Of a stretch of DNA of 64,000 nt, positions 24,290 to 37,205 are shown piece by piece. This DNA comes from Antechinus flavipes. Lineage: Eukaryota. The notes under the pieces are model-generated. The model saw nothing but the letters and a program-made list of their open reading frames with translations, had not been told where the DNA came from and made no database searches. Location of the stretch: contig NC_067404.1 in assembly GCF_016432865.1 (NCBI RefSeq), forward strand, positions 33,852,001 through 33,916,000. The letters run 5' to 3'. Both the position numbers and the translations under genes were made by a program. How positions within the stretch are numbered: the stretch's first letter is position 1; every line of letters starts with the position of its first letter.

Positions 24290-25425
24290 CCTCTGCAGAT
24301 AAAGACTTGCATTTCTTATTTAGCTTCCAGGACTCCATGGTCCTTCTTCCTTTTCCTCTCTATATCACAATCTCCCATTCTCCATCTTCCTGACACAGAC
24401 TATCTCTTCAGAATCCTTTTTCTACTTTGTTATCTTGAAGCCATTCCCTGACTCTTTGAAAGAATCATTCCTTTTCCCTGATAATCTGGAGAATGGACAG
24501 GCCTTCCTTGAATTCTTTGACCTTCTCTTTGAGGAACGAGAACAACCTATGCTTTGAACAAATATGACAGTTACCTGGCCATAACAGAAACACAAAGCCT
24601 TGTTCTCTGTGGAAAAACTGCAAAATTCTACCTTGAACCAAGAGGGTCAGCAATTCCTCAGCCTGACACAGAAAGCCCTCCCCAATTTGATTCCAGCCTC
24701 CCTCTCTAGTCTTTTGACCCATGACTACCCTTGATATACTCTGTGTTCCAGCCAGTCTGGATAACTCTCAGTTTTCTAGATCATCCTGTAGCTCTTCCGT
24801 TCCCAGCCCCAGTACATACACGCAGGCCATCCTCCAGTTCTACCACCTGCTCTCTCCTCATCTGTTGATCTTTTCCATTCTCCAAACCTTATCTTAGGAT
24901 CTTACCTCCTCCCCAGAAACCTTTCTGGTAGATATCACCCCCAGCTGAGAGCATTCTTTCCTTACTCGTTATCTCAGAGCACCGTCTTCCCTCTATTCTA
25001 CCCATCTGGGGACATGTTGGACACCCTGTCCCTCAATGTGAGGTCTTTGATGGCTAGGGGCATGTCATTATTTCTCTTTTTCTCCCCAGTGACTAGCACA
25101 TTGTCTGATACCTGGCAGAAAAGCAAACTTCTCCTATCTTATGGGAGGAACTTTATGACCCTTCCTGGAAGAGAGCTCCTTAGTTTTTCTAGTTTAAAAC
25201 ATAAAGGAGGAATGCACACTAGCTGTTGTGGAATAGAAAGAACTCTGCATTTAAAGGCTGAAGAACTGGGCTGGAGACCTGCCTAGCTCCGCCCAACTTA
25301 GTAACTGTGGGATCTTGGGAAAGTCAGTTTACGCCATTGGAGCTCAGTTGTCTCACCTATAAAGTGAAAATCATGATATTTTACTACTACCAGGTATCCC
25401 AAGGAATGATCGAAAGAGAAGGTGT
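24290..25425 (+). mobile_element. L2 fragments followed by a MIR
   Basis: L2-like pyrimidine-rich ORF2 remnants; MIR core gggaaagtcagttt...ctcacctataaagtg. Confidence 0.55.
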
Positions 25426-27826
25426 GCTTTGGAAACCTGAAGCCTCCATAGAGAGGTGTCCTATTCAAGGGGCCTTGATCAAATTCTCTTTTAAAAGGCC
25501 CCTCATTGGCCTGAGGACAAGGACCAGGCCAGGATTACGTGGTCCTTGGCTGACTTGAATCAATTTAAGTGCCCATTAACATAGGTGCTAATTGAGTGGC
25601 TTTTTGAAGTTTGATTTTTGTTCCAGAGCCAGAAAAACCCAGATACTGGCAGCCTTCAGAAAGTTGGTTTGAAATCTTGGGGTATTTGGGGGGCTTCCTC
25701 TGGATGATAGCAGCTGGAGGCCACAGAAAGCCCTGTAACTTAAGACTTGCCATCTGTAAGGCAGATGAGTGCCATTGTTTAGGAAACATGCAAAAGGGAA
25801 ATCATGCTTGGGGATCGGGCTTCTAGTGAGGTCCACCAAGAGGAAAACAGGCTCTCCCTGGGCTGGGAGCAGAATGACACAAGCAATCTCACCTTCCCTG
25901 AAATCACAGTTTCATAAAATCTTTGAGTATGAACAGGGCTCAGAACCTTGAATACCTTTGGAAAGGTCCTTTGAAGGAGGAGCTGGAAGGGAACTTGGAC
26001 CACTTATCATAGAATGCCAGAACTAAAAAAGAACATAGAGATGATGGAGTTCAACTCTTCCTTTGATAGATGAGGAAACTGAGTCTGAGATAAGTCAGAG
26101 GTCACCTAACCATCCCAGATTTCATGGCCCTTAATCTAGTTCCGTCTCTACAACGTGCCACTTTTACCCTATATTAGATCTAACATTCTTTGAGGGCTCC
26201 TAGTTGCCCCAATTTGAAGCTCAGTGCCTTCCTTGCCTATAGGAAGTTTGACAAAATACTTAATAAAATAGATGAAGTTGAGAATTCTCTGAAAGCAGAG
26301 AGATGATTTATTTAAGCAAATGTACCTTTTCCTTTTCTCAAGAGCTTTGACCTTAAAGAATAGCAAATAACACTTTTATTTGCTTTTATCCCCACACGGG
26401 GTAAAAGCATTAATGCCTGGGAGTTTTAAGTTAGATTTCATTTTCCCAGACGTGGCCAAACCAAAACTAATAGACATTCATAAAGGTCAGATGGGAAGTA
26501 AAAATGTCGCCAAGTGTCTTATTCATTCTTCACTTTCTGAGAGCTCAATTGGATTAAGAATTATTTTCCCTCATCTATTCCCATCTGTACAAAGCAACGG
26601 AGACTGTGGGTGAGTATGATTTGATTTTATGAAGTCCTCTATAACTGAACTCCTCCTCATGCTCTTTTATATACTCCAACTTTCCCATCTCCAGACACTT
26701 ACCTATTCTGTTTCCCAGGACTGGGTCATTTTTCTTGTCACCCAATTGAATTCTTACCCATCCTGCCAAAATCAACTCAAATACCATTGCCTCCAAAAAG
26801 GATTCACTCTCTATCCTTCTATTAAATAACAACTTTCCCTTTAGCCTTCACATTCCTTTTCTGTATCGTTGTATTTTTTTTATTCTAACCTTCTATGTGT
26901 CTGCGTCATCCTATCCTATACAGAATGGATGTCCCATGAAGGCAATCATTATTTTATCCAAGTGTTTGTATGGCATGAGGACCTGGATGATTTTTTTAAA
27001 GACAAATAGCTTATTTATTTCAAAGATTAAAAAGTTACAATGTAAATTCAATGAAAGCAAGACTTAGTTTTTCTGCTTCTTCTGGAACACTATTAGGCAT
27101 ATAGTATATAGATGATTAATATATGATTGTTAATGAATGATTGAATGAATGGTTAAAAAGCTGACATAAATTCTTATTTTATAGATACAAATGATGGCCT
27201 AGAGATGTGAAATGCTTTCCCAGGTAGTAAATAGCAGAATAAAATTAAAAATATAATCCTTAAACATCACTGTATATTAGCTAGAATAACAGACATGAAG
27301 TCAGGAAGATCTCATTTCAAATCTCACCTCAAACACTTCCTAGTTACATGATTTAGCCACTTGACATCTTTTGTTTGTAGGATGTGATGCTGTACTTGGT
27401 CTATATCTATGATTCTATTATCCTCTGACTCCAAAAAAAGGGTTATTATTACTGCATAATAATCCTCTTCATAAATTATCAACAGAATCTCTCCAACATA
27501 TCGAAAAGACTTATTCGGAATGCTTTTTAAGTAGTTCAAGAATTCTAATATAGAACTAATAATTCTTTGTTTTGCTCCTTGATTGGCCCACGTATATGGT
27601 TATAAACATTAATGTCAATCTTGTGCAAATATATGAGAATACATATGAAATTATATATCATATATCTAATCTTAGAAGGGAGTTCAGACACCAAATATGG
27701 ATGAATGGTTTTTAATTGAACTGAATTAGAAGCTACTCTTGTGGATGTACTAAGTTTGAGGAGGCCTGGTATTCTCTTGTGCGTATTCCTCTGGACTCTT
27801 ACTTGCCCATTCTGGGTTTTTTTCAG

Positions 27827-27895
27827 GTCCCCGAGAGAAGGAACAAAATAACCGAGTCTCTCTTTTATGCTTGGTTTTTAAGCACAGGGCTCTGG
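27827..27895 (+). CDS. Candidate 69 bp exon (VPERRNKITESLFYAWFLSTGLW or GPREKEQNNRVSLLCLVFKHRAL)
   Basis: Acceptor gggtttttttcag, donor TGG|gtgagg, symmetric length, two frames open. No homology recognised. Confidence 0.2.
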
Positions 27896-28974
27896 GTGAG
27901 GGGGAATTCTGAGACTGGCATCAGGGTGTGTTCTTCACATGCCATTTTCATTGGCTAGAGGCAATTGATAAGAAGGGACTAGATCACAAAGCTGACATGG
28001 ATCAAAAAGGACTTAGGACTGACTGTAGGATTTTATTTATTATTATTTAATATTATTTATTATTTTTAAGTGAGAAGGATGATGGAAATATTTAGTATTA
28101 TTCTGCAGAAGACTTTGTATTTAAAAATAACATTTCCTATTGACCCAAGGTCCATTGAGCTATTGCATTAACTTAATGACTGACAGCACATTTTAGTACT
28201 GAAACATTTTTCAGGTGGGAACATTCTAATAGGGTTCCACATGCAATTTAATTGTGGTACCTAATCAGCTTATGCTTAAAGCCTTATAGAAAGCAGACTG
28301 AATATAATAGAAATCATGATTTGGGCTACAAAAATTAGGATATGTTTTACAATAGTCTCAGCTACTGGAATCAGATGCATTATCTTGACTCTGAAATATG
28401 AAAAGCATGATTAACATTTTACAGTTACTGGTGGGGAGGTAGTCTTAGGTAAAATTTACCTGATTATATGTTTATATAAGATGTTCACTCAGTAAGGTGA
28501 TTTGAATACATACTATGTACTTAGACATGGTAATGAGGGTGTGTTGTGCTGTATATGTTTAATAATATAATCATAATACTTGATAAAAATGAAAATTTGT
28601 TTTAATTACTGATTACTCTTAGTATGAGCCTGATTTGAATGATTACATATGTTGCTATTTGGACAAGGCCAGTCTGCCATGGACCTCTAGCAAAGAGTTT
28701 CCTTCTGCCACAGAGGGCGGTGCTATGAAGACTTAAGTATTACCTTAAAGTAGTACCATGATATGTACTTTAACGAACTAGAGGTTCCAGTCTACTAAAA
28801 TACATATACACAGATGAATACATTTAAAATAAAACAAAAAGTCCACCTAATCCTTTTCCACAAGATTGTACAACCTATACCAAGAAAATGAGAACGTTAC
28901 TATGGGATTGGAGAAGGGCACCCTCATTTTTTTTAAATTGTGAAGAAAATGGTCTCTGCCATCTATCAGCAGAT

Positions 28975-29830
28975 GTCAGTTTCTGGGAAAATCCCAGAAA
29001 TTAGTGAACTTATAGAAAAAAGAAGCATGGTGATGAAAGATCCATGTGAATAGGACATGCCAGACATATTGCCTTTCATTTTCGGACACAATTGCTCCAG
29101 TGTTAGAAAAGGGCAAATGAGATCTATTTAAAGTGTTTGTTAAAATCCCTCGTGCTAATCTCATGGGAGGAAATGGGAAAAAACCATGTAAGTTAGCTAG
29201 TAGAACATTTAGATGGATTTGAAATGAGCTTAATGATTGGGGGAGATCAGAGAGTTCTTTTTAATGGTTCAGTGTCACTTAGGAGAACTCCAATGGAGTA
29301 CTCTGGGGATCTGTGCTTGGTCTTGTGCTATTTCATGTTTGTTTGTTTTTTTTTATCATTGAGAAAGGCATTGATGGTGTGCTTTATACATAGGCAGATG
29401 ACCCAGAATTGTGAGAGAAAGCTGATACACTGGACTATAGGATTCAAAAAATCTTAATGGTATAAAATATTTGGGCCAAATCCAAGAGGATGAAATTTAA
29501 TAGGGATAAATGTAAAGTCTCACTTGGATTCAAAAAGTCATTTTCATAAGTCCAAAGTGAGAAAGTGATTATGGTCAAAGTTTGTCTGAACGCAAATCAA
29601 ACCATATGTGGAAGAAAATCTTCAGTTCTGGGAAACACAAATTAGGGCAGAAGTTGAAGAAGAGAAAATTTAGGCCTGATGTAAAGAAAAACTTAAAAGG
29701 GGGAAATAGGATATTTTGAAACATAGCTGATTCCGCCTCCTATTTGAGTTCTTTGAACAAAAGCCAGAGGGCTAGTCATATTGTGGAGAATATCCTTTCT
29801 CACATATGGTTTGGACTGGTGATCTCTTAA
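28975..29830 (+). mobile_element. CR1/L3 LINE, RT region and 3' end
   Basis: ggcagatgacccagaattg (ADDT-like), ggatgaaatttaatagggataaatgtaaagtc (MKFN..KCKV). Confidence 0.8.
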
Positions 29831-30009
29831 ATTGTAGGATTTTATTTAGAAGCCATCTAGATTAAATCCCTCATTTTGCATAGGAAAAAACTGAGATTCA
29901 GGGAGGAGAAAGTGACTTGCCCAAATCCACACATTGAATTCTGATCTTAAAGGTAGAAGGCACCTTAGAACCTAGCTCGTCCAAGAGTTATAAACTTGGG
30001 TCTTCCATC

Positions 30010-30436
30010 NNNNNNNNNNNNNNNNNNNNNNNNNNNNNNNNNNNNNNNNNNNNNNNNNNNNNNNNNNNNNNNNNNNNNNNNNNNNNNNNNNNNNNNNNNN
30101 NNNNNNNNNNNNNNNNNNNNNNNNNNNNNNNNNNNNNNNNNNNNNNNNNNNNNNNNNNNNNNNNNNNNNNNNNNNNNNNNNNNNNNNNNNNNNNNNNNNN
30201 NNNNNNNNNNNNNNNNNNNNNNNNNNNNNNNNNNNNNNNNNNNNNNNNNNNNNNNNNNNNNNNNNNNNNNNNNNNNNNNNNNNNNNNNNNNNNNNNNNNN
30301 NNNNNNNNNNNNNNNNNNNNNNNNNNNNNNNNNNNNNNNNNNNNNNNNNNNNNNNNNNNNNNNNNNNNNNNNNNNNNNNNNNNNNNNNNNNNNNNNNNNN
30401 NNNNNNNNNNNNNNNNNNNNNNNNNNNNNNNNNNNN
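30010..30436. other. Assembly gap (427 N)
   Basis: Run of N. Confidence 1.
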
Positions 30437-31504
30437 TGGGTTTCCTTTGTGACATTATGCATTTTATTTTATTCATTTTCAAAAATTCTGAGAAAGGGTC
30501 TTTTATTGACTACCAAAGGAATCTGTGGTCCAAAATGTGATGCTAATCTTGTTCAACTCCTCCATTTTTTCATGGAGAAACTGAGACCCAGAGAAGTGAA
30601 GCAACTTGCCCAGGTTCAGTTACATGGATAGCTAGTAACAAAGACACTATTCCAAGCCAGGTCCTCTAACTCCAAAGCTGGCATTCTTTCTACTATACCA
30701 GGCAAATGACATGAAAGACTGAGCTTGTCCCTCCACATTCCTAGGATGGAGTACATCCAAAGGACTTTGAAAGTAGAGCCAAACCCATGGACACCGCTAT
30801 GAAAAGCAGGTCATTCCTTTGGTAGTATATGGAGCCTACTCTTCCCTAGCCCTTCACACTTCATTGAGGAAAGAGTGAGTAAGTCTCAACAATGGAATGA
30901 TTTTATTGCCTCCAGGACGTTGGATTGGAGCCATCTGCTTTGTCAGAAGGAGTATGATAGATCTTAGCATGATTACAGAGCTAACAACAGGCCTTGGAAA
31001 GGTCGGGGCAGAAGTTGGTTCTGCTTCATAACTTCACTGCTACCATGATCCCCACTCCACCATCGCTCCCATCCCAATTATGGCCACAATGGATAAAAAG
31101 CAAACTTTCAGCCTCTTGGCCTGAAAAGTGTAAGCTGTGTTCCTGAATTGGAGTTCCTGAACTCCAGATTTATAAAGTAATGGTGAGATTTCCTAAACTA
31201 GGTTTTCATAGTGGCAAAAGTTCCCAAAGTCCAGTTTCTGGATTACTAATTCCGTAAGTAGATCCTGGAACTGGAGGAACAACAAGAAAATGAGGATAGC
31301 ATAGAGGAACATCTTTGACTCTGTGTCTGTTTGCTATCATGAGTTATTCTGAGAGTAGAGATCTAACTGGCAAGGAAGAGGTCTTGTTACAAACCCCAAG
31401 TGTATTCCCCTTAAGAAAAGGGAGTTCGAAACATTAGGGTATTAGCAGAAGCTTGGAGGTCTGTATAAACCTATGCTATAAAACTTGGGACTCATTGAAA
31501 GTAA

Positions 31505-31752
31505 TGCATTTTCTTTTATTGTTCTTCAGTAGTGTCCAAGTCTCTGGGACTCCGTTTAGGGCTTTCTTGATAAAGATATTGGAATAGTTTGCCATTTCCA
31601 CTCATCTTTCAGACAAGGAAATTGAGGCAAACGGAGTGAAGTTCCTTGCTCAACTAGTTTAAGTGTCTGAGGCCAGATATAAACTCAGGAAGATGAATCT
31701 TCCTAACTCCAGGCCAGGCACTCTGCTCACTGCAGTGCCATCTAGCGGCAGC
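31505..31752 (-). mobile_element. MAR1-type SINE
   Basis: Antisense RTE-like tail, CORE, and head ctcactgcagtgccatctagcggcagc. Confidence 0.8.
31735..31748 (-). promoter_or_regulatory. CTCF core motif match inside a SINE head
   Basis: Minus strand CCGCTAGATGGCAC fits CCRCYAGRKGGCRS. Confidence 0.4.
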
Positions 31753-32319
31753 ATTGAAAAAAAAGAGAGTATGTCAATTGTTATGGGCTTCTGTGAGTTG
31801 TTTGTGTTCTCTGTTTTTTATGGGTTGCTCCTGGGAGTCTCTGGTATTTGTAGTTTGTTTTTGTTTTCTTTTCTTTTCCTGTGGAGTGAAATGAAGTGGA
31901 CCCTAAATTTTACATGTATTCAATTCGGCTTAATTTGCTTCCATTCCCTTCTGTTCCAATGAATTCAACAAGCATTTGCTAAAGGCTTACTATAAGCCTA
32001 GCCCTACTGTGTGCTAGGTACAAGGAATACAACGACATTGTCGCCATGAATGATTGCAGGGGAGCTAAGGCCCTTTTATCCATGTCTGGGAAGGTCTAGA
32101 TATGATCTTTATTCTGAGTGAGAGCAAAACAAGTGAAGGTGATATTATTTGGGAGGAACAGAACTCCCTCCCCTTCCCCTTCTCAAAGAGTATATACATA
32201 GCCAGAGTTTGTTTTGCTAGATCATGGGTTACACAACCATCCTCTGTCATTCCAATTTTAATACCATTGTTTAGGCCCTCATTATAAGTTGCCTAGGACA
32301 ACTTTCCCAAGTGCACCAG

Positions 32320-32490
32320 AACCAGATTAAATTGTAATTGAAGAATAGTTAGCAAAATAAATAAAAATACAATCAAACATAGATAAGATTAATTTGTGGT
32401 CTTCTGAGTCAAACCTTGGCCCACAAGGAGCCTCATCTATGGGACAATTATCTCTGTTTCTATTTGAGTTTGGTACTGTTGGTCTAAACA
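32320..32490 (-). mobile_element. hAT-Charlie-like MITE fragment
   Basis: Ends ctatttgagtttggtactgttg, complementary to a cagt..caaactcaaatag-type terminus; family from recall. Confidence 0.45.
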
Positions 32491-32557
32491 ATTTCAATAG
32501 CCTTCCAGCAGATCTTCATGCATTCACTCTTTTATTTCTCAAAATCATCGTCCATCA

Positions 32558-32702
32558 GGGCAGCTAGTTGGCATAGTGGATAGAGCACCAGCCCTGAAAT
32601 CAGGAAGACCTGAGTTCAAATCTGGCCTCAGACACTTAACAGTTCCTCACTGTGTGATCCTGGGCAAGTCACTTAACCCCAATTGCTTCAACCAAAAAAA
32701 AA
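32558..32702 (+). mobile_element. WSINE1 with TSD, inserted in L2
   Basis: gggcagctagttggcatagtggatagagcaccagcc...aattgcttcaaccaaaaaaaa; TSD atcatcgtccatc / atcaccatccatc. Confidence 0.9.
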
Positions 32703-33224
32703 TCACCATCCATCCCACAGTCAGACTAATCTTTCTTATGAAGAGAAGTGGCCATGTCACTCCTTTGCTCCAAGAGCTTCAATAGCTGTTGACTGCCTCC
32801 CAAGTTCAAAAGCTTCTGCCAGTTATACAAGGCTCTCCCCAATTTCACACCACTTTACCCTTCCAGCCTTATTTCAAATTATTGCCCAATAGATACCTTC
32901 TATGTCTTTTTGTATGTGACCCCTGCAGGCTGTTCCCTATGTATACCATGTCCTTTTCCAACCCCTCTCTACCTTATCCTCATTATATTCCTGCCCATCC
33001 CTCAACTTTAATACTTCCTCTACTAGGAATGCTCATCCCTCCAAACATTACTGGCCTTTCCTCTCAGATCTCATGCAGCACGTTCCTTACCTCCATCTCT
33101 AATAAACTTATCATGCCTTGTTATAGCTATTTGTGTAAGCATCATATCCCTTTGTATGGTAAAGTAAGGGTGGAAGGAACCTTGGAGACCACATAGCCCA
33201 AACTCCTTATTTCTGAGGACAGCA

Positions 33225-33368
33225 AGATCCAGACATGGAACACAACTTCTAGAAAGTTATAGACCCAGACATGGAACACAACTCCTAGAAAGTTATAGAC
33301 CCAGACGTGGAACACGACTCCTAGAAAGTTATAGACCCAGACATGGAACCCAACTTCTAGAAAGTTAT
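33225..33368. repeat. 36 bp x 4 minisatellite inside an antisense MIR
   Basis: Unit agacccagacatggaacacaactcctagaaagttat, four near-identical copies. Confidence 0.95.
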
Positions 33369-34469
33369 AAAATCAAGACTTGAATTTAGATCTGCTGATT
33401 CTAAGTTTGCAGTAAGTAACTCCTGCAAAACTGAGTCTATTGCTCCCCTCCCAGTCCTCAGATATGCACATGTGATTTCATTTCTCCCTCCAATGGTGGC
33501 AATAACAAGCCATCCATATCTGCCCAGCCTAAGCAAAGTTGTTCTGTGACAGTTTTCAGAGAGGGCTTCCTCAGGACATCACCAGGATATATCAATGGGA
33601 CCCAGGAGCTGTCCAGCAGTCACACCTCACATTTTGTTTACATATTTTTATTTTTTACCTCCCCTTCACTATTTCTTATGTGTTGCCTCCTCCTCGAGCC
33701 TGCAGGAAGCACTTGCAAAACAAGCATTGAAGTGATTTGAGTGACCTGAACTATCTTTTCTTAATAGGAAGTGAGGAGAGTGGGGGGAGTGGTTGGGATG
33801 TGGAGAGAACTGTTTTTTTTTTCCCCAAAAAACATTAGCAGAGCAGCTAAAAGGGACTGAAAAGCCCTTGCAGAGAGGAAGAGTGATTTGTCCAAGATTG
33901 TTAGCTAGGAGATACTGAGGTGTATGGAAAGTATTGAGTTGGAATCAGAGGGTTTCACATTGGTTTTATCACTCACTGACATCAGAAAAATCACCACTTC
34001 TCTGAGAATCAATTTTTCTAGCCATAAAAATCAGACAGATTACATGTTCTCTCATATCTTTACTAACTCTAAAATCATATGGTCCTATGAGTAGTTGCCA
34101 TTAGGTTATAGTCCTCTCTTCTAGAGTACCTCTTACTAAGTGACTCTAACCTTTTCCTCGCTAAATGACAGAATCACAGGATTTGGGAATTAGAATGAGC
34201 CTCGGCTAACCATCTAGTCCAACCCATCTGTGGAAAGGAATCCACAAATCTTCAGTCTGCTGGAAGACTTTCAAGGAAGAGGAACCCAGAACCGTTGGAG
34301 TCAGCCAACTAGGCTTAGGGACAACTCTAGATGTTAGGAAGTTTGGGGACATCAAGCCTAAATGGGCTTATTTGCAACCTCTCCCCATTATTCCTGGTTC
34401 CTTCCTTTAAGACCAAACTAAAGAAACTAAACTCTTAGAAAAAAAGTTCTTTCTACTTATTGTCTTCAC

Positions 34470-35210
34470 TTCTTATCCCATCAGTGACAGAGCACCTTTC
34501 CAGCTGGATGTCCTCGAAATATCTCAATCCCCACACATAACTAGCTCTATATAAATCAACTCTCTTAACTATCCTTGCAGTATTTCCGAGATGTCATTTT
34601 GTCATAAATCTTACTTTTCCTTCTCCCTCACCACACAATGGGCAATCACTTTTTTCACATTTTGTCATTTCTACCATCACAACATCTCTTTCATCCTTTT
34701 GGCCAATCATCCAGTTAGCGCATTAGTTCAGGGAGTCATTACCTACAGATTACAGACAATAGCCCAGACAATCTTCCATACTTCCGAGGAAGAAATTTGT
34801 GCTAAGGGCCACACGAGGCCCCTATTCAGTTAGTTCCGGCCGCTTTCCATTACATCTAGGAACAAAAATAAATTCTTCGGTTTAGCTTTGAAAGCCCTTT
34901 ACAACCTAATCACTGTCTTCCTAGCCTGATCGGGCAATTCTCTACCATCACCCCTGTCTGATAACTCCTGTCCACACAGTTCAATCTAACAAACTAGAAA
35001 GGAAAAAACACTTTCTCTCAACTCCTTCCACCTAACACTTTGTCCCACATTTCCGCACCTTTCCACTGACTATCCCCTATGCTTAGAATGAGCTCCCTCT
35101 TTAGCTCTCTGCCCCGCCTTTGTTCCTTTGACACAAAGCCCTCCCTGATTCCTTCAACTTCCTCAAGTAACTTGTGTGGAACTATTTGGTATTATATATT
35201 TGCAGTTATC
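34470..35210 (+). mobile_element. L2 3' region; continues at ~35663-35810 beyond the LTR insertion
   Basis: gatgtcctcgaaatatctc...ggaacaaaaataaattcttcggtttagctttgaaagccc... Confidence 0.7.
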
Positions 35211-35662
35211 TGTAATACTGGAGAAACTGAGGCAAGACAGAGATTGGTTTTTAATATTTTGATTGTGGAGAGTTTTAGACTAGCCCAGGCCAGCTGGGCT
35301 TCGTGGGACTCTTATCCAAAGCATTCAGCAGCGAGCAATTAAGTCAGGAGACTTTTGTAGGGTTCCAGCAATAGGGAAAACAAAGGTAGATAAGCGGGGT
35401 GAAGATACTGGGTAAGCGGACAATCCATAGTTCCAGGAAAGGATCTATAACTTAGTCCTGACAGGATGAGGGTCAAGATAAGAAGGTCGAGGGCAGGGGC
35501 AATACTCAAATGGAAGGGGAATTATCCCAGCAAGGATGGAGATAAGGCGCCTGGAGTTTTATGACTCAATGATATGGCAAGGCTTCTTTTCTGACTTGAT
35601 TCTCTCAGTCCTAATGACAAGGAGAGAGGGGTGGCCATAATAATTTTATTCAGAGCATAGCA
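35211..35662 (-). mobile_element. Solo LTR (class I ERV-like, 452 bp)
   Basis: Minus strand TG...CA termini, ATTAAA near the 3' end, 4 bp TSD TATC at 35207-35210 and 35663-35666. Confidence 0.8.
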
Positions 35663-35726
35663 TATCTAGTTTATGTTTATGCTGTATATGTTTACATATA
35701 TACACACATACATTTTTACATATATT

Positions 35727-36806
35727 GGTTGGTTCATTTCTCAACCCTGTATCCCCAGAACCTAGTCAAGGGCCTGGCACGGAGCAGGCACATAATAAAC
35801 ACTTGCTCACCAAATAATTGCCTCTGCCTCTTATCCTAAAGACTTGCCCCCCAGGATTGGGAATCCCTTGCAGGGAGATACCTCGGAAACAAAACCTCTC
35901 AGAGGACAAGGGAAGGCAGGCTTTCTACTGGTCTTGGGATGGAGCTTCCTTGCTTTTCTAAAGAACAGGAAGAAGGAAGAAGGGACAGGAAGGGAACTCG
36001 CTATGGATTTTAAGATGAAAAAGCAAGGCAGAATCTACTTTCCTCTGAGGATTTCAGCTCACTCCCAATCTGGAGGTGGAAGAAACCCCAATGGACCAGT
36101 GTCTGGTGACAGAGAAGACATGCCCAGAAGGCCAGTGCTTGGAGAGTGGAGTCGCGAGGACACCGGGAGTCCCAGCAGCCCTGCATCCCATGGTGGCCAC
36201 ATGTGGTCCCTTTGCACACCCCCTCCACACACGAGTGACAGCCCCTCGGCTTCCCTGGCTGTGTGACCCGCCACATGTGTTGAGTCGCTCTGGACCCCAG
36301 CCACTCGCGTTTACTCCTTATGTCCCTCTCCATGTGTGTTCTCTGAATGTGGGGCTGCTCTTCCCGCTGATGTCATGAACATTTATGGATGAGTAAACTC
36401 AGGTTTATTGGGGACATGCTTTGTTGCTACTCTTCTTTCTCTGCCTTTTCATGAAAAGCCTTGACTTGGAACTCATCCTGTCCTTTGACTGACCAGAAAA
36501 AATAAACATGGTGGTGGGGGCTCAGCAGCAACTCCTTGAGTGGATACATATTGGCACATCTGCCCATCAGGCTACATCTGGAGGGCCCACAGGGCAGAGG
36601 GTGCCTCAAGGTGCTCCACAGGGAACCTCCAGAAATTCTCCTCCTTCTTTTTGGCACCGGAGGTAGAAGCAGGAGCAGAGGCTCTTGGGCCCAAAAGGCC
36701 AACGAGAGCTCCTCACCAGGCAAATCTTTGAGCCACTGGAACTGTCCCCCAGTGGAAGGGGCTGCCCCCCACAAGCAGGCACCCAGAGGTTGTGCATCCT
36801 TCTTAT
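35727..36806 (-). repeat. Left arm of inverted repeat (core 35858-36806)
   Basis: Reverse complement of 38183-39132, plus a diverged extension matching 39301-39446. Confidence 0.97.
36427..36488 (-). CDS. Candidate terminal exon, copy 1 (KGQDEFQVKAFHEKAEKEE*)
   Basis: Acceptor gtttattttttctggtcag, TAG at 36429-36427, AATAAA at 36409-36404; donor CTG|gtgagg 228 bp upstream (intron 36716-36489). Confidence 0.35.
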
Positions 36807-37020
36807 CCAAATTAAGTTTCCTCCTCATCTGGACACTTAGACCAAATGTTGGATGACCACTTATTAAAGCTTCTTCTCATCCAGACACTTGTTTTCCTAG
36901 TTGGCTAATGAGGGCTCTAGACAAAACCTTTGAACTTTAAAATCCTTTAGCCCTGTTGTATCCATTGGAGACAATTAGATGGAAAAAATGCTAGACTTGA
37001 AATCAGGCTGACCCAAGTTT

Positions 37021-37205
37021 CTTTTTTTTAATAGCTTTTTATTTACAAGTTATATGCAGGGGTAATTTTACAGCATTGACCATTGCCAAACCTTTTGTTT
37101 CAATTTTTCCCCTCCTTCCCCCCACCCCCTCCCCTAGATGGCAGGATGACCAATACATGTTAAATATATTGAAGTATGAATTAAATATAAAATAAGAATA
37201 CATGT
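37021..37205 (-). mobile_element. L1 3' tail inserted into a MIR (36965-37410)
   Basis: TSD ctgacccaagttt at 37008-37020 and 37206-37218. Confidence 0.88.

Noticed and set aside
27581-27607. ATTGG / CACGT / TATAAA cluster as a promoter
   Set aside because: Spacing is too tight, there is no CpG island, and such words are common in AT-rich DNA.
18725-29830. CR1 endonuclease and RT pieces as one broken element
   Set aside because: They are colinear and on the same strand but ~9.3 kb apart, with unique sequence between them; two insertions is the simpler explanation.
3100-30631. ORFs spanning the four N runs (e.g. 3100-3615, 8414-8758, 19373-19888, 29996-30631)
   Set aside because: They are open only because N codons contain no stops.
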